Source: Macrostomum lignano (taxonomy: Eukaryota). Taken from it: 64,000 bases of DNA. Positions 53,306 to 64,000 of the stretch are shown here, one piece after another (within the stretch, counting starts at the first letter, position 1; each line of letters opens with the position of its first letter). The DNA lies in the NCBI GenBank assembly GCA_002269645.1, contig NIVC01003340.1, positions 1-64,000 of the forward strand. Reading direction: 5' to 3'. The notes under the pieces were generated by a model. That model saw nothing but the letters and a program-made list of their open reading frames with translations. It was not told where the DNA came from and made no database searches. The position numbers were made by a program, and so were the translations under genes.

Positions 53306-54949
53306 CCGAAAGACGAGCCTGGGGAGGGGCGGATTAAGCTGTAGAGATTTTGATATGCTGCATTAGACAGATTTGATTGTCGCTAAACACACTCCGAGTT
53401 TAACGAGTCAAGCAGATAAACACACTCCAAGTTAAATGCGGAAAGCCGATAAACACACTCTGAGTTTAATGAGTCGAGCCAGATAAACACACTCGAGTTT
53501 AACGACAGAGGCCGATAAACACACTCCAAATTTGATGCGCAAATCGATAAACACACTCCGAGTTTAATGAGTCAGGCCGATAAACACACTCATAGTTTAA
53601 TGAGTCAGGCCGATAAACACACTCAGAGTTTAATGAGTCAGGCCGATAAACACACTCCGAGTTTAACGAGCCACGCCGAAAAACACACCCAGAGTTCAAT
53701 GACTCAGGTCGATAAACACACTACAACAGACTGCCTACTGAACAGTAACAAGATATGAATGTAGGAATCTAATCTCTCAAAGTAAGAGATATTCAAAGTG
53801 AGAGCACTCAAGTTATTACGAGTTCAGTTACCTGAAGCGCATTAGCTTCATCAGCGGATCGCCTGTTAGCCAACTGAAGCTCCCGAATGCAGCCCAGCAC
53901 TCGAGTCAGCAGTTTCGCTTCTGACCGATCAGCTGCGCCGCCGCCGCCGCCGATGCCGCACAGCTCACGCAGCTGGTCGAGTCTCTGACGAATTTTTTCA
54001 ACGCGCTTCTTCTCAGCCTTTTTATGCGGCTCTCGCTGGTGACGCGGCAGCCGCGACGGCGTTGAGGGCGGCGTCGCTGGCTCGTCTTTCAGGTGGACGC
54101 CGACGCCGACAGCGGCGGACAGGCCAACAACGTCGGGATTGTCGGCGACGGAAACGGCTGCCGCAGCGCCTGAGGCAGCGCCGCCAACGGAGAAGCCGGC
54201 AGCTGACGAGCTGGACGATGTTGCACCGCCACTGCCGCCGCTGTGATGATGATGATGCTGCTGCTGCTGCTGCCATCGCGGCGAATCCGACGTGTCGAAG
54301 GCGACGAGACGCCGTCGCCGAAGCCACCGCCGCTGGAACTGCCAACCCGCCTCAGGCGACGATTGAGTGTGTCGAACAACTCCTGTCGGGACAGACTGTT
54401 CACGTCAGCGTAGCGCCGCCTGCGCTCGTCAGGATCGATCGGAACGGCGGCGGCGGCTGTGGCGTCGGCGCGCACGGCGGCGGCGGAGGAGGCGCCATAG
54501 ACAGTCGGGCGGGCTGTCCATTCCCGCGGGTGCGCCGGAGTGCTGAAGCCGCTCAGTAGCGAAGGAGTTGAGGCTACGGATGGCACCGAGCTGGAGAAGT
54601 TTGAGTAGCTTGAGCAGCTGGAGTGACTGCGGTACTGTTGGAAGGCCGAGTTGCTGGTGTTAGATGTCAGTGAAGGCTCCTGCGGTTGCGGCATGGTGAG
54701 CTGTTGCCACAGTATGCTAGCGGAAGTAGCAGTGCCATTGCTGTCATTGGCTACAGAAGTGGGGAATTGGAACAAATCATAAGACGGCTCAATGTCTTCA
54801 AGCGCGGTGCTCTGGTGCTGCTGCAAATGACCAGCGCCAGATGCTGCATCCATCATTGGCTCATCCTGATGCTGCTGCACATTGCCAGCGTCTGAGGATA
54901 TTAGATCAAGCAGAAAGGACATGCTGTCCTCTCCATTGCCAGTGTCCAT
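53306..54949 (-). CDS. bHLH-ZIP gene, inverted-repeat copy (different 1-nt frameshift at 54296; cut 13 nt into exon 2 by the gap)
   Basis: Reverse complement of 49598-51240. Exon 1 is 54949-53832; only 53318-53306 of exon 2 is present. Confidence 0.7.
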
Positions 54950-57900
54950 GAAAAGTGCAAACTCAAAGAAGTTCTCAAAAAATGGAATCAGCTGTCAGTG
55001 TCTTGTAGTATTAACCATATTGCATGCAATAAATTGAAAATATGATTGCTTGTTTATAAACATAGCTTTTATATTATATGTTGCATTATCTAATTAGATA
55101 TTATATCATCATAAAACATTTACTACTATGCTAGACATCCATGCGCAACCCCCTGAATTACACCAGCCTTGCAACTTCCTAAAAAAACTTTTGGGTAAAC
55201 GGCAGGAGTAACTATAACTCTTTTATCAAGGCTAAATGCTTCGTCATCTAATTAGTTTTTATATCTATTTTGGTGTATATTTTTTCAACTTATCATGGCT
55301 GGGCCCTTGCCAATCAGCTAGATCGGCCAAGTGTTGCGCATGTATGAATGTCTAGTACAATTAAAGCTATTACTTGTGTGCAAAATTGGTACTATTTTAC
55401 TTGTATATAACTAGAATCTTATAATTATATCTAAAAATGATTACAATAGTTTGTTTGAACTTATGAAAGACTTTTACTAGGCCTGTTTTGGTAAAAAATG
55501 GAAAATGAATCATTTGAAAATAGTTTTCTATAGTGCCTAATACAATAAAAAACAAATATACTGCTATCTCTTTTTTTATTAGATCATTTATATCAAGGCT
55601 AATTCAAGACTAGAAGTTTCTAATATAAACAACAAACTGGACTATAGATTGACTGATTGCAAAGTTTAATTTTTTTCAATAGCCAAATAGTTGAATTGCT
55701 AAATTAGCCCACTAAGTATCAAATATGTTGCAAATGATTAAATATAAAAAAAATATTAATTTCATTATGAAAAAGGCAACAAAAATGGATGATTTTCTAA
55801 TTTTGAACATTTAATTTGATTTTATACCAAGTTATATATCAAGCTATTGATGTGGTAAAAAGCATAAATAATATATCTAGATAGATATTTTTTAATTTGA
55901 TTTTGTGCCAAGCTTAGTCATGCCAACTTTTACCAATGTTAAGTTAATTATACAATAGTTTAAGCATAAAATTCATGTCTACAGCTGTGTCTATATGTAA
56001 AAGTCTGCCAAATTGCAAATATAATAAAATAAAAAAGTTAAATAATAAATATAATATAATAAGTTTTGCCTCTTAACTTAAAGGTTTACAACATTATTAA
56101 AATGTTAATTAAATTAAAGCTGCAATAGTCGCAAGTTGAAAAATAATCAAATGGGCAAAACTAAAAGATTGCCAAAATGATATACTGTTTTCAATATGAA
56201 CTAATATAGGTTTTAGTCATCATAAATTTCGATAAAAGTTTGATCTTAAACAATAACAGTTTGCCGCCATGGACATGGCAGATGGGATGGCACATGAGAT
56301 ATATCTGAATAAATTCAAAAAAATAAATATGATATAAAATGGATTAGTCCTAGATCTTTAGTAGGCCTACTAGAGAGCCTATCTGGGCCTATAGTAAATT
56401 GCAAGCAAAATAAAATAAGGAACTTTAGCAGATTTTATTAATTTTCGGCATTGATAAGATTAAGATAATGCACTGCTTCGATTCCACAATTACTCTTGGG
56501 ACAGGACAACCTCTACGGCCTTCAAAAAAGGTAAAATAGATCCTATGAAAAATACACGAACTTATATACGTGGTTCTCCCACTCTAAGTTACAAACTGTA
56601 CATGTCAAATGTGACGTCATGCAAAAATGTCGCTCGCATTCTCAATACTCTCTCTCACACAGCTTTTACGAGTTCCTGCAATTGGAAGTTTTTGACTTTG
56701 AAACATTTTATCTATAGTTTAATCAAAACAAAAAATGCAACTTCTGAGAATAGAATATACTTTCTTTGATAATTATTAAAAAAATTTAATTAATAGTAAA
56801 GCAGTAACTTGCGTTAAAAATAAAAAAGTATAAAATTAAGAGTCGTTAGCAAGTTGATCACGATTTATCGGACAAGGCCACTGTCTTTTTATGTGTCTTA
56901 CTCTTAGGCGCGGCTTGCACATCTGCAAATCTGAATATATCATAATTTAGATGTGCCGAACATGAGCTACATGTAGCTCCTATTACCTAAGAAAGTATAC
57001 AGCGAGAGACAAGCAGGAGAATTTTAAAGGCAAAAACAGCTAATCCGTAGATTAAGCTAATCAGCTGGCCACCAACTCATGCAAAAACTGGCTCACCAAA
57101 CCTGCCGCTCGGCTCTCTCTCGAATCGGGTTACCACGACTCAAGGAGAGGCTCTGAACTGATGTGCCAACTGGTGTCTTTTAGTTGAATCTCGAAGTCAG
57201 CCGAAAAGGGACGGTACTCGGACTGGATAGCATATTTTTGCAGAGGGGTTCTTCTTGTTGCTAGGCTGCAAGACTATAGGTTCGTGAAATATACACATAT
57301 ATGTACTACATTATCAAATTCCTATGCATGCGATTGATTCTGGCCATAAAATGTGACTATAAACTAATATATTAGCCCTAGCTCTGAGACCCTTACATGT
57401 AGCTGGTGGGTTCTAGCTTACATACATGTAGATATATAAGCCGCTTTGATGCCTAAGTTAGCAATAAAGTACATGACTGACTTGAATTCTGATTCAAAAT
57501 GGTTGGTTGACTGAATACTGTTTGGAACCAATTATGCTCGTAGCTTGGGTTGGGATTTGTTACAATTAGAACACATCGATTTTGATTGGCTGAGCCGATT
57601 TGTTAAAACGCCCTGTCTAATTTTCTGATCGGCTGAAGCATTTAGCTACCACGACCTGAAAAGCCGAGAGATCCTACAGGTCCCTGGGGAATCCTCAAAA
57701 AGCGATATAGGTGCGGCCATAAATCATCCAATTTTATTTATATAAATTTATTTATGAGTTTTAGCAATTTCAAGTCCAAAATTAACATGAAATATGCATT
57801 AGATCGGGGATGAAGAGGAGAGGTGATTTTGCCAAATCCGCGAGATGATTGTAGGATTAAAACGAATATACATGTACTTTTAGTGTAGGGGCAAAGTTCA

Positions 57901-59507
57901 CAGCTGTCAAAATATATCGTCACACGTGCCAAATTATTATGTGATTGACAAATGAGAAATTCTCCCAGACCATCAGGAACCTGTATACCCACAGGCATGC
58001 ATGCCAGGTGTCCGTCTAATACCTTGACAATCTGGTGATTTATATGATCATGATCCGAAAAAAGTATGCTGGTATACAATCCCGATGAAAAAGAAGAAAA
58101 ACATAAAAGTAGCGAAGGTAATTAGTAGGGGAGACAAAGGATAGGAAGAAGCGAAGATAGGAGAGAGGAAAGGTAAATATATTGAAAAGATCCGATAATA
58201 AAAAGGGAAGAAGAAATTTCTATTTCTACTGGCAGTAATAGGGGACGTGCCATCAAATTAGTGCTGATGCTGAAAGTCTGATATCTCATAAAGTAGAAAT
58301 TAGGAGTCAATTAGGCCTTTAATTGTCATGCAGCTAGATATGCTATTACTACTAGCTAAAATCTAACGAGAAGAAACTACTGCAGCGACCAAATAGTATG
58401 AGCCCGTATACTGCTACATGTAGGTCCAAAATATATTTTGCTGCATTACAGTGTGCCTTGCCGGTTGTCACAACCATCATCTCTTTAACATGCTAAAGAT
58501 TTTAACAGATTAAGTCGTACTATCAATCTCTACAGGGTCCTACATGTAATGTAGTTTTTTAAAGCAAGACAAAAACGACATAAAGATGAACACCAGTTTG
58601 TATATCATGAGCACAAAAGTTTGTACATGTACATCTAGCTATTAAAGTTCGGCTGGTGAAGCGTACAGCCCCTTTCCAACAGGAATATCCGTTGTCTGGG
58701 CATCAATGCAGCGTTGGGGAGTTGGCCGATCGAATGGAGCTCTAAATGCAATGTCTGGATGTTCGGGGACTAGTGTTAAAGTCAATAAAGATGACGAACC
58801 AAAGTAAAAAATAAAAGGAAACAGAGACAAAAATGTACTTCTATTTGTTTCATTTTATGACCAACCCATGAAACCTGATAATATCGCAGCTCATGATATA
58901 TTAAAAAATCGAACTACCTCTCCAGATCGCTGGTTTGTAGAACGCCACAAGACGTACATACCAGATTTCAGCATCTGACGCACCCTCTTCCTTCTGCAGT
59001 ATTGATCCGAACTAGACTGCAATATGGGCGGTGGGGGCCTGGGGAAGGGCTGGGTCGGCGAACCACAGCGGTCTTTTCTCTCTTACCTCCCTGCGCATTC
59101 AGGCAAGGCGGACAGGGGCTAGCAGGAAACGAGGTCCGTGGTAAGGGGTTGTAGCCTTAGCCTATATGGGCCTGTTGCTTTTGTCTGTAGAGAGAGCCTC
59201 GATGGGATTGGGGATGAGGTAGGGTACTGGGGTCTGGCAGTCCAGATGAGGCAAGTGTGTGCAGCGTGTGCGCCAAGCAATGGCCCGTCTTTGAACGCTT
59301 TGTCACCCACCATCTGCCCGAGCCGCAGCCCCAACCAGCCTCCGACTATTTAGGCCGAAAGAAAATCCTTCCCAACCATCTTGGTCCTCCTTCATTTTTC
59401 ATCCTTTCCTCTCTCCTTATAGCTATCTTCATCGTTTCATTTTGGAGCCGCCAGCCATATTCACCCTACTAATTATTAGAGACAAACTACAACTTTAGCC
59501 GCATGAG

Positions 59508-62500
59508 ATGACAATCCGGCTAGCGGTTTTTTTATTTGCTGCGTACTGCAGCGTGCCAGAGCTGTGTCTCGGCCAGTACAACAGCTCGTTGGGTAAGCTG
59601 AAAGAGTCAAATTTACTTAAGCAATATAATTCCCACCATATAGTTTTCATAGCTATGGAGTATGTGGAGCTTGTGGTGGCAAGCTTTTTAAAATCGCAGA
59701 TACCCTTTCATCTACATGTGCGTAGGGATCAATAATTAGTTCGGTGGTTAACGGGCTTGACTCTCACGCTAGAGTCCCGGTCAGTTCGACCCTCACGTCA
59801 CATTAATTTGGAGGCTATAGTGACCCGAAAATCTGCCCTGGACTTGTCGAGCAATGGCGCAGTGTGTACGCGCTTGGAATTTATGCCTCCATCCATGTAT
59901 TGTGTAAATCACAATGCATTCAATATTATGCTCTAATAAATCTGATGGACGGCCTGTAACAGTTTGCTTTCTATAAAACCCTGGACCCTGTTTACTGACC
60001 TAATTTTGGCGCACTCACTAAATGGTTGCAGCATCAAATTGTTACAATGCTGCTATAATTGAAGCTTAGAGTTTGGCTACAAACAAAATTTCACGCAGTT
60101 TTGGCCTCCGTTTCCAAATCCAACAATAATCACTGCGGAATTGCTCATTACTAATTTTGTTTAATCGGTACGTTTTCCAGGACAGGCCAGTCAGAGCATC
60201 CTGTTCCCGTCTGTAGGCGACCTGTTAATTGGTCGCGTCAGCAATCTGCACGCCTCGTCCACCTGCGGCGCAGAGCAGGAGCAGACCTACTGCCCAATCG
60301 GCTTGTCGAAATGTCGCAAATGCGACAGCAAAGCAGAGTGGGACCCGGTCACGAATCCCAATTCGCATCAAATTGGCAACGTCGTAGCTAAGATTCGAAA
60401 TTCCAACACCACCTACGACTCCTGGTGGATGTCGGAGCCTGGAGTAGAAAATGTCACTATTCAGCTGGATTTGGACACTAAGTTCACATTTACTCACCTG
60501 ATCATGATCTTTCACAACTACCGACCGAAGGCTTGGTGGCTTGAACGGTGAGTGAGAAAAGCACTAATTTTTTAGGTGTTTTCCTGTTACAACTTACCTA
60601 AGGGGATGTCAATTCAAGCACCGGAATAGCCCGAAAGTAAAGCTCACGACCAAACCGACTGCGAAGACGACAACTTGTCGGATCAATAGACTAGAAATGC
60701 TGAGACATCCTGTAAAGGTCCCTGCATTGGACTCCCAGGGGAAAATCGACTGGTTCAACAAGCCATCGATTGCAATATGTCTGGTTGGAAGCTCTACTTT
60801 GGGCTAGTTTCCGCGCTTAAACTGACATCTCATTTCTCCTACGAGTATAAAAGAAGGCATTCGCTGGCTTCGTCTGTCTCTCAATCGTGGATGGCGGGGC
60901 TTCATTTCAACCATAGAGCACTTCATATACGAATCAAGATGAAACTCACCCTCCAACATTCCCATTCGAAACCAAAGGTCTGACGATTTCGGCTTCAAGT
61001 ACAAGCCGTACGCTTACTTCGCCGAAAACTGTGAGGAGACATTTCCCTGGGTGAAGCGAGGCCGCATGAACAAACTGGACGACGTCAGGTGCAGCTCCGA
61101 TTACACCGAAATGACGCCATCGGATAAAGGCCAAGTGGTGTTCAATGCCATACCGCAGCACCTGTCCGAGACGGTATTCAACGATAAGAGTGTCGATGCC
61201 AGGGAGAAACGCGAGTCCCAAACGGACATCACCAATTTGCGGGTGCACCTGCTGAAGTATCACACGCTCAGTGAGTATCAAAATATGGTGAATAAGGTCT
61301 CATTTTTTTGCACCATTTGACTACAATTTTTTCAACAATGACAACAAAACAGGCGATGAAAAGCTGACGCCAGACAGCCCAGAGCGCCGAAAGTACTACT
61401 TTGGCCTCTACGAAATGAACGTGCATGGAATGTGCATCTGTAACGGGCACGCCACGACTTGCAGACCGGCCGACGGATTGATCCCGATGGACAAGAGCAA
61501 GGTGAGCTAATTAAATTATGAATAGCTATAAAATCCCCAGGTTCTTACTGGCTTATTTACACGTGAGTTTCAACGAAGTTTTAGGCCCCAAGCAGGTAGG
61601 GCCAGGCTCTGGCGTCAACTAATGACCCTCATTTTGGTTCCCCGTGGTCTGGTAGTTGGGTGAAACAGTGTGTACATACCTGACGATGAGTGTTGGCGCT
61701 CAGGAGTCAGCGGAACGGTGACCTCGCTGGCTGTGGCTTGATTTTCAGCAACAGCTTCAACAGCTTTATCAGTACATATACGGACTTATGACTGAACGAT
61801 AAAACAATGCTCTTAGGTGTACGGCTTCTGCGACTGCATGCACAACACCCAAGGCCCTCACTGCGAGAAGTGTCGCGACTTCTACCACGACAGACGCTGG
61901 GCCCCCGCCTCCATGACCAGCGCCAACGAGTGCCGTCGGTGCAACTGCAACGGTCACTCGAATCGCTGCGAGTTCTCGCAGGAAAAATGGGACAGTTCCG
62001 GCGGAAAAACTGGTGGCGTGTGCCAAGAATGCATGCACAATACCACAGGCGTCAGCTGCGATACTTGCGTACAGGTGAGAATAGCTAAGAGTTGGCTAGC
62101 ACCCAGCTGAACCGGGTCACCTCTAACGGTCATCCTGCTGTGTTAGGGTAGCAGAGTTCTCAGCCCGACAATTTCATCAGATGCGACGCGCAGTTGCTTT
62201 ATCTAAAAATTTCTTTAGATATAGACTTGGTTTTGTTGCATTACATGGTACATAAAAATACGTCTAGAAAAAAGCTACACGAACTAGGTAGGAACAAAAG
62301 GAAATTTTCAATAAACAGTTTTTTTGCTGATGACTTGTACCGTTTATGGAAAATGAGCTTGATAACATAATTTATCACAGCAAGTACATCATAACACTTG
62401 GCCATCTTGGAGTGCATTAGACGGATAAATAGGCTAGAGATTGGAATCTTATTCCTAGAGTTATAAATCTATTTTTCAAAATAGTTCCTGGATTCCTGGA

Positions 62501-63355
62501 TCTGAATTTTTCTAGTGCGGAGTTTTTCTCAGCTGAATTCGTCTATGGCAAAACCACATTCAGCGCAATGCGTTCTCCAGACCATACTAAATGCACTGGC
62601 GATGCGAAAAATGTACGCTTCTTACAGGGCTCCAGTCATTTCTAAGAAAACCGAGTGTAGCGTCCTTCTAGTTCAGCTGTCCATGCCAGTAACCATGTCT
62701 TGTTTCAAACATAGACAATAAACATGAGTTATTTTTACCGCGAGTACAGCCTGTGTTTATGAAAACATAATCGTCGTTTGTCGCTTGTCATTTTTTAGCT
62801 TGTCACTCGACACTTGTACCTTTTTATGAAATCGGCCCCAACTCATTTCTAAGAAACTCGAACTGAGCATCATTCTACTTCTACGATGATGGCAACAGTA
62901 ACAAAATCTTAAACCCTGCACATAACCACAGGGCTATTATCGGGACGACTCCAAACTGCTCGACGATCCGGAGATCTGTTTGCCGTGCAAATGCAGCAAG
63001 CTTGGCAGCACGCTCGACTATTGCCAGAGCGAAACGGACAAGACCAAGGGCGGTCTTATTGCTGGTGGGTTTTATAGTCAAGCTTTTATTTGAATCATAA
63101 TATAGATCGTATTTGAGAAGAAAGCTAAATTAGTTTTTTATTTCCAAATCCAGGTCACTGCTTTTGCAAGCAAAACGTTGAGGGCAGGAAGTGTGACAGG
63201 TGTAAAACAGGCTACTGGAATCTGGTTGAGAAAAACCCGGCCGGCTGTCAGGCATGCGGCTGCACTGTGATCGGATCGAAGGACAACAAGGGCTGCAACA
63301 TGTACACCGGAGCGTGCGAGTGCAAAGAGAATGTCGAAGGAGACAATTGTGAGAA
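59508..63355 (+). CDS. LAMB1: Laminin beta, inverted-repeat copy, exons 1-7 (continues past the window end)
   Basis: Exons 59508-59592, 60181-60547, 60978-61270, 61353-61501, 61817-62074, 62932-63064 and 63154-63355 mirror the minus-strand gene (coordinate sum 104547). Confidence 0.9.
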
Positions 63356-63375
63356 GTAAGTAAAGTTTAGACACA

Positions 63376-63408
<33 letters not shown>

Positions 63409-63449
63409 CAGTTAGTTAGTTAGCTAGTTAGTCAGTTAGTTAGTTAGTC

Positions 63450-63532
<83 letters not shown>

Positions 63533-63533
63533 C

Positions 63534-63564
<31 letters not shown>

Positions 63565-63565
63565 C

Positions 63566-63631
<66 letters not shown>

Positions 63632-63657
63632 CTAGTTAGTCAGTTAGTTAGTTAGTA

Positions 63658-63708
<51 letters not shown>

Positions 63709-63775
63709 CAGTTAGTTAGTTAGTTAGTTGGTTAGTTTTTTATTTATTTAGTTAGTTAGTTAGTAACTTAGTTAG

Positions 63776-63986
<211 letters not shown>

Positions 63987-64000
63987 AGTTAGTTAGTTAG

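Noticed and set aside
51418-53366. MSKGLEDR / TSCPQVPL ORFs and the ORF crossing the N run
   Set aside because: Translations of the 24-bp satellite; the 244-aa ORF is open only because N codons are not stops.

Overview
Intron-rich metazoan genomic DNA with canonical GT-AG introns. It is probably an invertebrate; a flatworm-like genome is my guess from style only. Left to right: (1) the 5' ~1,800 codons of an ADGRV1/VLGR1 giant adhesion GPCR (minus, 21 exons, running off the left edge), carrying six single-base frameshifts, all in the leftmost 5.4 kb. (2) A DEG/ENaC channel gene (minus) ending only ~1.2 kb upstream of the ADGRV1 start. (3) A 5'-truncated Penelope-like retroelement (GIY-YIG endonuclease ORF) between two (CT)n tracts, with an intact-looking minimal hammerhead ribozyme and a second degenerate hammerhead nearby. 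(4) An orphan 658-aa single-pass receptor (signal peptide, Ig-like domain with a Cys-rich insert, Ser/Thr stalk, TM, Gln/Pro-rich tail). (5) A complete 21-exon laminin beta gene (minus, 1,834 aa by my reconstruction). (6) A divergently oriented, atypical bHLH-ZIP gene. From 40547 to the window end the sequence is a >=10.7 kb-arm inverted repeat (40547-51240 vs 53306-64000) around a 2-kb spacer that contains a 301-N gap. I found only three 1-nt indels between the arms, so an assembly artefact is at least as likely as a real palindrome. The window also holds many minisatellites and microsatellites, a tRNA-derived SINE family and a TACATGTA palindrome cluster. All exon models were read by eye.
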